64,000 nucleotides of DNA. Origin: Dehalococcoidia bacterium (GTDB lineage Bacteria; Chloroflexota; Dehalococcoidia; Bin125). The position numbers and the translations under genes were made by a program. Shown here piece by piece: positions 53,687 through 63,086 of the stretch. The DNA is taken from assembly GCA_965217625.1 (NCBI GenBank), contig OZ244557.1, forward strand, positions 208,082 to 272,081. Reading direction: 5' to 3'. How positions within the stretch are numbered: position 1 is the first letter of the stretch; the number at the start of each line of letters is the position of its first letter. The notes below the pieces were generated by a model. The model saw only the letters and a program-made list of their open reading frames with translations, was not told the DNA's origin and did no database searches.

Positions 53687-53742
53687 CCGCGCCGTGCGCG
53701 ACGCGCGACGGCCAGCGCCAAGAACGCGATAGCGGTGGGGGA

Positions 53743-54159
53743 TTAGTGTCGCCAACGCCGGAACCAGCCGCGCACCCCGCCCGGCCGTGGTTCGTCGTAC
53801 TCGATATAGCGGTCGCGCCAGAAGCCGCCGCGACCTTCGTGCGGCGCGCGCGACCTCGGCCCGCGCATGCTCCAGCCCAGCCCCAGCAGGAACAGGACGA
53901 GGCCCGCCAGCACCAGCCAGGCACCCGGGCCGCGCGCGCGCAAGACCAGTCCGGCGGCCAGCAGCAGGAAGCCCACCAGCATCAGATGCCCCGACGTGAA
54001 TCGCACGAACATGGATCCCAGCCCGTCGCTCACTTGGCGCATCAGCGCGTCCCAGCCGCGCCGCGCCCGGCTCGGCCCCCGCCGCTGACGGCGGTGCCAC
54101 TCGAAGTCCTCGATGTTTTCGAGGACGTCCTCGATGTCGCGTTCCAGTCGGTCTGCCAT
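53743..54159 (-). CDS. Small membrane protein (PspC-like topology), hypothetical
   Basis: Central hydrophobic helices LMLVGFLLLAAGLVL and WLVLAGLVLFLLGLGW. Confidence 0.4.
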   Translation of the reverse strand: MADRLERDIEDVLENIEDFEWHRRQRRGPSRARRGWDALMRQVSDGLGSMFVRFTSGHLMLVGFLLLAAGLVLRARGPGAWLVLAGLVLFLLGLGWSMRGPRSRAPHEGRGGFWRDRYIEYDEPRPGGVRGWFRRWRH

Positions 54160-54180
54160 GGCAGCGCTCCTGCTCCCAGT

Positions 54181-55776
54181 CTAACCCCAGCCGCCGCCTC
54201 CTGGCGTCTCCATGCAGATGATATCCCCCGCTTCGACGGTGAACGTCGTTTTGCCCGGCAGCGCCCGATCGGGCCGGCCCGCCCGCTCGAGCCGATTCCG
54301 GCCCGGCGTCCCGTCGGCCCCGCCCGCCGCGCCCCACGGTCCCCGCCGCCGCCGCTCGCCGATCAGCGTCACAGTTGCCGGCCCGAGGAACTGCGTCCGT
54401 CGCACCAGCCCGTCGCCGCCGCGATGCCGGCCCGCGCCGCCGCTGCCCCGTCGCACGCTGTTCTCCAGCACCCGCAGCGGGTAGGCGATCTCCAGCGCCT
54501 CCGCCGGCGTGTTGAGCGTGTTCGTCATGTGGCTCTGCACGGCCTCGATCCCCGGCCCGAGCGGACCCCCGCCCAGCCCGCCGCCGCTCGTCTCGTAGTA
54601 CGCCCAGGACTCGCCCGAGCGCGGGTCGATGCCGCCCGCCGCGACGTTGTTCATCGTCCCCGCCGACGCGGCCGGCATCCGATCGGGCAGCGCCTGCGCG
54701 ATCGCCCCCCAGACCACGTCGACGATGCGCTGGCTCGTCTCGACGTTGCCCGCCGCGACCGCCGCCGGCGGCGCCGCGTTGACCACCGAGCGCGCCGGCA
54801 GCGTGAAGCGCAGCGGCCGGAACAGCCCCGCGTTGGTCGGCGCCTGCGGCGGCAGCAGGCAGCGCAGCACGTAGTAGCTCGCCGACCGCGTGACCGCCGC
54901 CACCGCGTTGATCGACCCCGGCCGCTGCCCCGCCGAGCCCGTGAAGTCGAGATCCCAGCCCGCCGCCGAGGTCGTCAGGCGCAGCCGGATGGGCACCGGC
55001 TCGTCGCTGGCGCCGTCGTCGTCCAGCGCGTCCTCGAAGGCGTACGTGCCGGGCGGGATCGCGGCCATCCCGGCCAGCGCCGCCCGCTCGCCCGCGTCGA
55101 GCAGCGCCGCCGACGCCCGCCGGAACCCCGCCGCGCCGAAGCGCTCCGCCAGCGCCGCCAGCCGTCGCTCGCCCACTCGCTGCGCCGCCACCTGCGCGTC
55201 GACGTCGCCCTGCCGCTCGACGGGCGTGCGCACGTTGCGCAGGAACAGCGCCAGCGTCTCGGGGACGAGCGCCCCCGCCCGGTAGAGCCGCACCGGCGGG
55301 ATGATGAAGCCCTCCTGCACCAGCTCCTGCGCGACCGGCATCGACCCCGGCGCCATGCCGCCGATGTCGGCCTGGTGTGCCCGGCTCGCGACGTACCCCA
55401 CCAGCGACCCCCGCCCCTCGCGCCCCGGCCGGAAGACCGGCGAGACCATCGTCACGTCGGGCAGGTGCGTGCCGCCGCGGAACGGGTCGTTGAGGATCGC
55501 GATGTCGCCCGGCGACCACGGCGCGAGCTCGCGCACCGCCCCCACCGACTCCGGCATCGCGCCCAGGTGCACCGGGATGTGCGCCGCCTGCGCCAGCAGC
55601 CGCCCCCCGGCGTCGAACACGGCGCAGCTGTAGTCGGCGCGCTCCTTGATATTGGGCGACAGCGCGGTGTGCCGCAGCGTCGCCCCCATCTCCTCCGCGA
55701 TCGACGTCGCCAGCGACTCGAACACCGCCAGCCGCGCCGGGTCGATCGCGCCACTCGTGTTCGAGCGCTTAGCCAT
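54181..55776 (-). CDS. hyuB: Hydantoinase B / oxoprolinase-family protein
   Basis: Strong HyuB family similarity (ILNDPFRGGTHLPD...). The start is taken at MAKRSNTSG (ATG at 55776). Confidence 0.85.
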   Translation of the reverse strand: MAKRSNTSGAIDPARLAVFESLATSIAEEMGATLRHTALSPNIKERADYSCAVFDAGGRLLAQAAHIPVHLGAMPESVGAVRELAPWSPGDIAILNDPFRGGTHLPDVTMVSPVFRPGREGRGSLVGYVASRAHQADIGGMAPGSMPVAQELVQEGFIIPPVRLYRAGALVPETLALFLRNVRTPVERQGDVDAQVAAQRVGERRLAALAERFGAAGFRRASAALLDAGERAALAGMAAIPPGTYAFEDALDDDGASDEPVPIRLRLTTSAAGWDLDFTGSAGQRPGSINAVAAVTRSASYYVLRCLLPPQAPTNAGLFRPLRFTLPARSVVNAAPPAAVAAGNVETSQRIVDVVWGAIAQALPDRMPAASAGTMNNVAAGGIDPRSGESWAYYETSGGGLGGGPLGPGIEAVQSHMTNTLNTPAEALEIAYPLRVLENSVRRGSGGAGRHRGGDGLVRRTQFLGPATVTLIGERRRRGPWGAAGGADGTPGRNRLERAGRPDRALPGKTTFTVEAGDIICMETPGGGGWG

Positions 55777-56209
55777 CGGACGGCCGCCCTTCCGGCAGCG
55801 CCGCCCAGACCGCCGCCGCGACCGACTCCGGCGTCGCGCCCGCCGGCAGCGCAACGTCGACGTCGCCTCCCGCATCGACCCCCACCCCCACCGACAGCGC
55901 GCTGACGCCCGGGATCATGCGCACCAGCCGCAGCAGGTCGTCGCCGGCGCCGCCGTCGCGCAGCGCCTCCCCGTACACGACGACGTGGTAGCCCGCCTTG
56001 ACGTAGCCCGACGTCAGCAGCTTCAGCTGTCGCGACGCCACGACGGCGTCCTCCTCGCCGCCCCGCGGCGTCGCGATCCACTCCCCCGACAGCGCCCCGA
56101 AGGGCACGACGACGCTGGGCCCCGGCAGCCGCGCCGCGATCGCCCTGCCGATCGTTCCGGCGCCGGCCGCTCCCCCGTCCGCTGCGTGCAGCGTGATCAC
56201 CGCGCTCAT
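55769..56209 (-). CDS. Small hypothetical protein (146 aa) between hyuA and hyuB. Both junctions overlap, so it may be a third subunit or an accessory protein.
   Basis: The ORF fills the gap exactly with 4- to 8-nt overlaps on both sides. No family recognised. Confidence 0.35.
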   Translation of the reverse strand: MSAVITLHAADGGAAGAGTIGRAIAARLPGPSVVVPFGALSGEWIATPRGGEEDAVVASRQLKLLTSGYVKAGYHVVVYGEALRDGGAGDDLLRLVRMIPGVSALSVGVGVDAGGDVDVALPAGATPESVAAAVWAALPEGRPSDG

Positions 56210-58236
56210 CGCCGGCCCTCCCGTCGCCGGCCCTCGCGCGCGATGCGCAGGCTGCCCGAGGCGAGCGGATGCGCCCGCCAGCCCGGCGGCACGAGGATCG
56301 TCGTGTCGGGCTGTGTGAGGATGGCGGGCCCCGATATCGGCCGTCGCAGCGCGGCCCGCTCGATGATGCGCGTGCGTCGCGGGCGCTCCCAGACAACCGT
56401 CGCAGTCTCTGGCGGCCGATGCACCGCGTCCGCCCCGGACGGCGCGGGCGGTCCCGCGTCGGGCGGCGCGGCGCTGCGGGCGATCGCCTTGACGCGCGCC
56501 ACGACCACCTCCAGCGGCCGCCGCCGGTCGGCGTGGCCGAAGCGCGACATGTGGGCCTCCGCCAGCGCCGAGCGGATCGCCGCCCGTGTCGTCGAGCGCA
56601 GCGGCACGGCGATCTCGTGCGACTGCCCGGCGTAGCGCAGGTCGGCCGACCGCTCGACCCGGCAGCGCCCGTAGCCGTCCGCTCGCAGCGCCGCCCGCGA
56701 CTGCGCCTCCAGGCGCTCGAAGGTCGCCTCCAGCGTGGCCTCGCGCCCCGTCGCGCCGGGCTCGATGCGCAGCACCAGCCCCTGCTCGGCGTCCTTCACG
56801 ACCGGCGCCTGCAGCATCCCCGCCGCCGACAGCACGCCCGGCGCCAGCGGGATCAGCACCTGCGGGATGCCCAGCTCCGCCGCCAGGTCGCAGGCGTGCA
56901 GCGGCCCCGCCCCGCCGAACGCGACCAGCGCGAAGTCCGCCGGGTCAAAGCCGCGCTCCACCGAGATCACGCGCAGGGCCCGCGCCATGTTCGCGTTCGC
57001 CACCTCGACGATCGCCTGTGCCGTGCGCCGCGCCGATCCCCCGAAGCCCGCCGACAGTGTCGCCACGGCCCGCTCGGCCGCCGCCGCGTCGAGCGTCATC
57101 GCGCCGCCCAGGAAGCGATCCGGCCGCAGCCGCCCCAGCACGACGTGGGCGTCGGTCAGCGTCGGCGCGTCGCCGCGCCCGTAGGCGGCCGGCCCCGGCT
57201 CCGCGCCGGCGCTCTGCGGCCCCACCCGCAGCGCGCCGCCCGCGTCCAGCGACGCGATCGAGCCGCCGCCCGCGCCCACCGTGTGCACGTCGACCGCCGG
57301 CGTCCGGATCGGCAGCCCGCCCACGGCGAAGTCGGTGCGCTCCAGCACCCGCCCCGGCAGCAGGCTGACGTCGGTCGACGTGCCCCCCATGTCGAAGCTG
57401 ATCAGCCGCTCGACGTCGGCTGCCGCCGCCGCCGCCCGCGCCCCCACCACCCCGCCCGCCGGCCCCGAGAGCACCGTGCGCACGGCGTCCCGCGACGCCT
57501 CCGCGACGCTCATGCTGCCGCCGTTTGAGCGCATCACCCGCAGCCGCGCCGCGCCCCCGCCCGTCCGCAGCCCCGCCTCCAGCCGCGACAGATAGCGCTC
57601 CATCGCCGGCGCGACGTAGGCGTTCGCCACGGTCGTGCTCATGCGCTCGAACTCCCGGTGCTCGGGCAGCACCTCGCACGACGCCGACACCGCCATGCCC
57701 CGCGCCCGCGCCATCGCCGCGATGCGCCCCTCGTGCGCCGGGTTCACGAACGAGAACAGCAGGCAGACCGCCAGCGCCTCCGCGCCGCTCTCCTCGACCC
57801 GGTCCAGCACGGCCGAGACCTCGTCGTCGTCCAGCGCCCGCAGCACGCCGCCGTCGGCCGCGACCCGCTCGTCGACCTCGAAGCGGCGCTCGTCGGGGAT
57901 CGGCGGCGCCGGTCGCGTGGGGTGCAGCGCGTACAACTCCGGCCGCGCCTGCCGCCCGATGACCAGCGTGTCGCGAAAGCCCCGCGTCGTGATCAGCGCG
58001 CAGCGGGCCCCGCTCCGCGTCAGCAGCGTGTTCGTCGACACCGTCGATCCGTGCACCACCTCATCAGGCCGCCAGCCCAGCGCCGACAGCCCCTCCAGGA
58101 CCGCCCGGCCCGGGTCGTCCGGCGTCGAGGGGCGCTTGTGCAGCCGCAGCGCCGCCCCGTCCCAGTAGAGGAAGTCGGTGAACGTGCCGCCCACGTCGAC
58201 GCCCAGCAGTCGCCGGCTGCCGCGCTGTCCGGCCAC
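56206..58236 (-). CDS. hyuA: Hydantoinase A / oxoprolinase-family protein
   Basis: LGVDVGGTFTDF N-terminus. 676 aa. Confidence 0.9.
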   Translation of the reverse strand: MAGQRGSRRLLGVDVGGTFTDFLYWDGAALRLHKRPSTPDDPGRAVLEGLSALGWRPDEVVHGSTVSTNTLLTRSGARCALITTRGFRDTLVIGRQARPELYALHPTRPAPPIPDERRFEVDERVAADGGVLRALDDDEVSAVLDRVEESGAEALAVCLLFSFVNPAHEGRIAAMARARGMAVSASCEVLPEHREFERMSTTVANAYVAPAMERYLSRLEAGLRTGGGAARLRVMRSNGGSMSVAEASRDAVRTVLSGPAGGVVGARAAAAAADVERLISFDMGGTSTDVSLLPGRVLERTDFAVGGLPIRTPAVDVHTVGAGGGSIASLDAGGALRVGPQSAGAEPGPAAYGRGDAPTLTDAHVVLGRLRPDRFLGGAMTLDAAAAERAVATLSAGFGGSARRTAQAIVEVANANMARALRVISVERGFDPADFALVAFGGAGPLHACDLAAELGIPQVLIPLAPGVLSAAGMLQAPVVKDAEQGLVLRIEPGATGREATLEATFERLEAQSRAALRADGYGRCRVERSADLRYAGQSHEIAVPLRSTTRAAIRSALAEAHMSRFGHADRRRPLEVVVARVKAIARSAAPPDAGPPAPSGADAVHRPPETATVVWERPRRTRIIERAALRRPISGPAILTQPDTTILVPPGWRAHPLASGSLRIAREGRRREGRR

Positions 58237-58239
58237 GGC

Positions 58240-59061
58240 TTACGGCGCGGCTTCCCGCGGTCGCGGCAGGTAGCCGCCGCCGTCGAGTGTGAAGCTGGCC
58301 CCCGTCACGTAGTCCGACGCCTCGCTCGCCAGGAACACGGCCAGCGGCGCGACGTCCTCCTCCTCGCCCACCCGCCCGATCGCGATCGAATCTCCCACCG
58401 ACGCCCGCCGCGCCGCCGTCCAGTACGACCCGTGCGCCTGCTCGCGCGTCACGATCCGCCCCGGCGCGATGCAGTTCACGCAGATCCCGTGGTGCCCCAG
58501 TTCGTGCGCCAGCGTCCGCGTCAACTGCTCCAGCGCCGAGTTGCTGGCGCCGTAGGCCGAGAAGCCGTCCGTCGCGTGGCGCCCCGCCGCTCCCGTCACG
58601 TTGATGATCTTGCCGCCGCTCAGCGCGATCATCTGGTGCGCCACCAGCCCGATCATCGCCGCCGCCGCGTCGAGATTCACCGCCGTCACCTGCGACCACT
58701 CGTCCGGCGACAGGCTCAGGAAGTCGCGGCCCGACGGCGCCGCGGCGGGATCCTCGCCGGGCCAGCCCACCCCGGCCGCGTTGACCAGGATGTCGACCTG
58801 ATTGCAGCGGTCGAGCGCCGTGCGCAGCACCTCCTCACGGTCGGCGGCGCGCGTGATGTCGGCCGGCACCGGAATGCAGCGATGGCCGTGCCGCTCGACG
58901 TGCCGCGCCGTCGCCCGCAGTTGCGACTCCGTCCGCCCCACGATCACCGTCTCCGCCCCCACCTCGGCCAGCGCGTCGGTGATCGCCCGCCCCAGCCCGC
59001 GACCGCCGCCCGTGATCAGCGCCACCTTGCCCGACAGCCGGAAGCGGTCGAGCAGCGTCAC
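58240..59061 (-). CDS. Short-chain dehydrogenase/reductase (SDR)
   Basis: TGGGRGLG cofactor motif and YxxxK active site (SAYGASNSA). The GTG start at 59061 overlaps the upstream gene's stop (GTGA). Confidence 0.85.
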   Translation of the reverse strand: MTLLDRFRLSGKVALITGGGRGLGRAITDALAEVGAETVIVGRTESQLRATARHVERHGHRCIPVPADITRAADREEVLRTALDRCNQVDILVNAAGVGWPGEDPAAAPSGRDFLSLSPDEWSQVTAVNLDAAAAMIGLVAHQMIALSGGKIINVTGAAGRHATDGFSAYGASNSALEQLTRTLAHELGHHGICVNCIAPGRIVTREQAHGSYWTAARRASVGDSIAIGRVGEEEDVAPLAVFLASEASDYVTGASFTLDGGGYLPRPREAAP

Positions 59062-59918
59062 GACGCCGCCCCGCCGCGCCCCAGCGGGTTCAGCGACCCC
59101 GTGCGGTACCCGCCCAGGTCCAGCGTCACGAAGCGGAAGCCCAGCCCGCGCAGCCGCCGCTCGATCGTTTCCCGCTCGCGCGCCACGATGTCCATCCCGG
59201 CCGCGTCCGTCTCGATCCGCGCGATCTCTCCGTGGTGCCGCACGCGCACCTGTCGCAGGCCCAGCCCGCGCAGCACCGCCTCCGCTGCCTCGATCTCGCC
59301 CAGCACCGGCGCCGACACCGGCGTCCCCACGGGTACCCGGCTGGCCAGGCAGGCCGCCGCCGGCTTGTCCCACGCCGCCAGCCCCAGGCAGCGCGCCAGC
59401 GCCCGCACGTCGGCCTTGCCGCAACCCGCCTCGACCAGCGGGCTGCGCACGCCGCCCTCCGACGCCGCCCGCAGCCCCGGCCGGTAGTCGCCCAGGTCGT
59501 CGCGGTTTGTCCCGTTGCAGACCACCGCGCCGGTCTCCGCCGCGATCGGCGTCAGGTGGCTGTAGAGCTCGCTCTTGCAGTGGAAGCAGCGGTCGCCCGC
59601 GTTCGCGACGTACGCCGGCCGCGCCAGCTCGTCGGTCCGCACCACCCGATGCCGGATGCCGATCGCCGCCGCCATCTCGACGGCCGCCGCCAGCTCCGTC
59701 CCCGGCAGCGACGGCGACTGCGCCGTCACCGCCAGCGCGTCGTCGCCCAACTGCTCCGCCGCGATCGCCGCCACCAGCGCGCTATCGACCCCGCCGCTGA
59801 ACGCCACCACGGCTCGCTCGTACCCCCGCACGATCGCGCGCAGGGCCGTCAGTCGCTGCGCCTGCGCGCGCGGCAGATCGGTGCCGGAAGCACCGTCGGA
59901 GGTCCACTCATCATTCAT
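59058..59918 (-). CDS. PP-loop ATP pyrophosphatase of the LarE-like (TIGR00268) family
   Basis: SGGVDS PP-loop motif and a conserved Cys (RCFHCK). Confidence 0.75.
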   Translation of the reverse strand: MNDEWTSDGASGTDLPRAQAQRLTALRAIVRGYERAVVAFSGGVDSALVAAIAAEQLGDDALAVTAQSPSLPGTELAAAVEMAAAIGIRHRVVRTDELARPAYVANAGDRCFHCKSELYSHLTPIAAETGAVVCNGTNRDDLGDYRPGLRAASEGGVRSPLVEAGCGKADVRALARCLGLAAWDKPAAACLASRVPVGTPVSAPVLGEIEAAEAVLRGLGLRQVRVRHHGEIARIETDAAGMDIVARERETIERRLRGLGFRFVTLDLGGYRTGSLNPLGRGGAAS

Positions 59919-60012
59919 TGCGTCGATGATACGACAGGGCGCCGGTCGGGCGACGGTCTCGTCTGCGATCGTGAGCGTTCAGCGCCCCGCGCCGCCGGGC
60001 CGAGGGGACGCC

Positions 60013-60480
60013 TCAGACGGAGCCTTCGTCGTCGGGGAGATACTCCAGATACACGGCCGGGGCAGACCTGGGCTCCAGGACCAGGCGGAACAGTTGCAGC
60101 AGATCGCGCCCGAGCAGGGACGGCATGTCCCAGTTCTCCTCGCTGGGTTCGGCGAGGTAGACCGCGCCGTCCACCCAGACGTGTCGGGGATACTGATCGG
60201 TTTCCGTACGAAAGATGGCCCGCGCCGTGAGAGGTGTGATGCGCATGCTGCCGCCGACGCCACTGATCGGCGCACCGCCGCTGAAGTCGATCTCTCGCAC
60301 GGCGATCCCAAGTCGCGACGCATCGAATGGGTGCAGGATCGATCGATCCGCGCCCGTGTCGACCAAGAACGGGATGGTGTCCGGCTTCAAGCCTTGCCCA
60401 GCCAGCGTGACCTCGATAAAGGGGAGTGGTGGTACCCCAGCCAGCGCCGCGGGCACCATGTGGCCCGGGATACGGATCAT
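60013..60480 (-). CDS. Retropepsin-like (clan AA) aspartic protease, small cytosolic type
   Basis: FLVDTGADRSIL carries the DTGA catalytic motif. Confidence 0.7.
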   Translation of the reverse strand: MIRIPGHMVPAALAGVPPLPFIEVTLAGQGLKPDTIPFLVDTGADRSILHPFDASRLGIAVREIDFSGGAPISGVGGSMRITPLTARAIFRTETDQYPRHVWVDGAVYLAEPSEENWDMPSLLGRDLLQLFRLVLEPRSAPAVYLEYLPDDEGSV

Positions 60481-60743
60481 AGGATCAGTGCGCGATCACG
60501 CCTGCTCACGCGCGCAAGAGCCGCCGTCGGAACCTCCTCTTGGGGGATCCGATCCAGCAAGTCCTGGGGGTCCGCACCAAACTCCAACCGTCGGCCATGG
60601 TCATAGCAGACGACGAACTTCCCGAGATGCGTCCCCACGAAGTCCGGCCAGCGTTCGTAAAGGACTACGTGGTTCCGCTCGGCCTTCTCGAAGTCGGGGA
60701 CTTCAACCCCGTCGGGGAGTCCATAATGCAGCTTCGGTTCCAT
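60477..60743 (-). CDS. Small hypothetical protein (88 aa), translationally coupled upstream of the aspartic protease. Paralog of 60971-61231.
   Basis: YGLPDGVEVPDFEKAERNH...RDRALIL matches YGLPEGIEFPDPDKFHRNH...RDQILIL on the opposite strand. Confidence 0.4.
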   Translation of the reverse strand: MEPKLHYGLPDGVEVPDFEKAERNHVVLYERWPDFVGTHLGKFVVCYDHGRRLEFGADPQDLLDRIPQEEVPTAALARVSRRDRALIL

Positions 60744-60970
60744 TGCGCCCTCCCTGCCCCGAAGTCTAGCAGTCGCGACAGGCTCCTTGCCCCCGCTCCC
60801 GGCCGCCGCCGCTGCGATCGTCTTATCGCGCTAGCACGAGCGGAGGGGGTACCGACGCCACGTCTCCGCGGGATGCCTCCCGTGGTCGCCAGCCTGGCCG
60901 TCGTCGCTCGATGGTCAGACAGGGCATCGGTCGCCCCCGCCGCGCTACACTGAGGCGCAAGGAGCGCGCG

Positions 60971-61231
60971 ATGGAGTTGTACTACGGTCTCCCCGAGGGC
61001 ATCGAGTTCCCGGATCCGGACAAGTTCCACAGGAACCACATGGCCGTCAGTGCCCGCATGGCGGAGCTCATCGACACGCATGTAGGTCAGTTCGTCGCCT
61101 GCTTCGGCGACGACCAGCAGTTCGTGTTCGGCGATGATCCCTGGGAGCTGATCGCACGGATCCCCGAGGAAGAAGTCTCCACGGCGCATGTCCAGCGCGT
61201 GCCCCCGCGAGATCAGATATTGATTCTGTGA
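60971..61231 (+). CDS. Small hypothetical protein (86 aa), divergent paralog of 60477-60743
   Basis: See the paralog. The start is taken at MELYYGLPEG. Confidence 0.4.
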   Translation: MELYYGLPEGIEFPDPDKFHRNHMAVSARMAELIDTHVGQFVACFGDDQQFVFGDDPWELIARIPEEEVSTAHVQRVPPRDQILIL

Positions 61232-61357
61232 CCCGCATCCCCGGCTATCTGGCGCCGGTCCCCATCCCCGTCGCCCCGCCCGGCCCGATGGCCGCCGCGC
61301 CCCCCGGCCCCTTGCTCCGACCCCAGACCCCCGATACCGTCGCCACCGGAGATCTCC

Positions 61358-62026
61358 ATGCCCGACGACATCACCCTGCAGCTCGACCAACGCAGCGTCA
61401 CCGGCAAGCAGGTGCGCTACCTGCGACGCGACGGCATCATCCCCGGCAACGTCTACGGACGCGGCCTCGCCTCCGTCGCCGTCCAGGCCCCGCTGCGGGA
61501 GCTGCGGCGCGTCTTCCGCGGCCACGACCGCAACCAGGTCGTGAACGCGCAGATCGCCGGCGAGCCCGGCATCCGCCCCGTCGTTCTGCGCGACGTGCAG
61601 CGCCACCCGGTCACGCAGGACGTCGAGCACGTGGATCTCTACCACATCGACATCACGCGGCCCATCCACTCCAGCGCGACAGTGCACATCGTCGGCGAGG
61701 AGATCTGCCCGGCGATCATCCTCGGCGGCGTGCTCGTGCTCGGCCTCGGCTCGGTGATGCTCGAGGCCCTGCCCATGGACATGCCCTCCGACTTCACCAT
61801 CGACATCTCCCACCTCGAACACTTCGGCCAGAGCGTGCACGTCTCCGACCTCGACCTGCCCGCCGGAGTCCGCGCCCTTGCCGAGCCCACCGCGCAGCTC
61901 GCGACGATCATCGCGCCGCGCGTCGCGGAGGAGGACGAAGTCGAAGAGGAAGGCCTCGAGGAGGGCGTCGAGGGCGAGGAGGCCCCCGCCGATGCAGACG
62001 CCGCCGAGTCCGAAGCGAGCGCCTAA
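61358..62026 (+). CDS. rplY: Ribosomal protein L25 / general stress protein Ctc
   Basis: LQLDQRSVTGKQVRYLRRDGIIPGNVYGRG is the L25 N-terminus. The acidic C-terminal tail is typical of the Ctc form. Confidence 0.85.
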   Translation: MPDDITLQLDQRSVTGKQVRYLRRDGIIPGNVYGRGLASVAVQAPLRELRRVFRGHDRNQVVNAQIAGEPGIRPVVLRDVQRHPVTQDVEHVDLYHIDITRPIHSSATVHIVGEEICPAIILGGVLVLGLGSVMLEALPMDMPSDFTIDISHLEHFGQSVHVSDLDLPAGVRALAEPTAQLATIIAPRVAEEDEVEEEGLEEGVEGEEAPADADAAESEASA

Positions 62027-62250
62027 GGCACGGCCACGGGGCGCTCACCCGGCGCGAGCGCGCTCGGCACGGGGATCGGCTCGCCGTCGTCGATGCGCCC
62101 GGCGATCGCTTCCTCGAGGGCGTCGCGCGCTTCCGTGAGCGCCTCCGTTTCGTCGGCGCCGGACGTCAGGCACTCCGGCAGGTCGCGGAACGACACGACG
62201 ACCTCGGTGGGTCCCGTCTGATCCAGCCTGGCGGGGTAGACAAATCGCAT
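62023..62250 (-). CDS. HicB-family antitoxin-like protein (N-domain only)
   Basis: MRFVYPARLDQTGPTEVVVSFRDLPECLTSGADETEALTEARDALEEAI matches the HicB signature. Confidence 0.65.
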   Translation of the reverse strand: MRFVYPARLDQTGPTEVVVSFRDLPECLTSGADETEALTEARDALEEAIAGRIDDGEPIPVPSALAPGERPVAVP

Positions 62251-62352
62251 TTGGCGGTCCCCTTGGTTCGGCGCATGGGCTACCGGGTCACAGCGAGCCG
62301 AATGTCTCGTTGCCGGCTCGACTTGTCGCAGCCAGCGGCTGCCGCGCGCCGT

Positions 62353-62727
62353 TCAGGGACGACTCGTCGCGACGTCGTCTACCGCCACATCGAGCAGCCT
62401 GGCAAGCGTGCTGAGCGTGTTCATCGATCCTGTCCGCTGGCCCCGCTCGATCTGGGAGAGGTAGACCGGGTTGATTCCGGCCGCGGCCGCCAGCTCCCGC
62501 TGCGTCATCCCGCGATACCTGCGATACACCCGGATGGGGGATTCCCCGGCCAGGATCCGGTCGGCCACGTCGATGGGGAAGGATTCGCCTCCCTCGCGGG
62601 CGGCGCGATCGTAGAGCTCCTCGTCGCTCAGCGCTGCGTCCCCGACCAAGTGCTCGTAGTCCCGCCAGGGGAGCACGGCGTACGCCGGGTTGCCGGCAGC
62701 GTCGACGATCACCTGCGGTCCGTTCAC
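62353..62727 (-). CDS. higA: HigA-like antitoxin with an XRE-type HTH
   Basis: HTH RGMTQRELAAAAGINPVYLSQIERGQRTGS. Located downstream of, and overlapping, a RelE/ParE-type toxin gene. Confidence 0.65.
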   Translation of the reverse strand: MNGPQVIVDAAGNPAYAVLPWRDYEHLVGDAALSDEELYDRAAREGGESFPIDVADRILAGESPIRVYRRYRGMTQRELAAAAGINPVYLSQIERGQRTGSMNTLSTLARLLDVAVDDVATSRP

Positions 62728-63038
62728 GGCGCCCTCCCGTACGCTTGCCCGCGTGGGGCGATACGCATGATGTCGATGGTACGAGCGTCGTCGTCGCGCT
62801 CGTAGATGATCCGCATCGCGCCAACGCGAAGGCGATAGCCGGACCGCCCCTGCAGGGCGGTGATATCGACATCGCGCCGGTCAGGATTCTCCACCAGCTT
62901 GTCCAACTCGTGGCGGATGCGGGTCGCTTGGTTGCGGGGCATCCGCTGCAAGGCCCTGACGGCTTGCCGCTTGATCGTCAGTCGGTAGCGAGCATCCGTC
63001 ACGGGCGCACTATAGCGTTGTGCTTCAATCGAGGTCAA
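62724..63038 (-). CDS. higB: RelE/ParE-superfamily toxin (HigB-like, toxin-first arrangement)
   Basis: YRLRVGAMRIIYERDDDARTIDIMRIAPRGQAY is the RelE/ParE C-terminal signature. Confidence 0.7.
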   Translation of the reverse strand: MTSIEAQRYSAPVTDARYRLTIKRQAVRALQRMPRNQATRIRHELDKLVENPDRRDVDITALQGRSGYRLRVGAMRIIYERDDDARTIDIMRIAPRGQAYGRAP

Positions 63039-63086
63039 TCTCTTGGCTGTAGTGCGCGCGGATCCCGCCGCCGCCGCACCGACCGC

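Noticed and set aside
53687-55519. Upper part of the 1148-aa track ORF 52073..55519
   Set aside because: Only the lower segment (52073-53686, starting at the lipoprotein signal MRLLLAAMALIV) is an M28 peptidase. Above that the translation is Gly/Arg-rich junk, and real genes (PspC-like, hyuB) occupy other frames.
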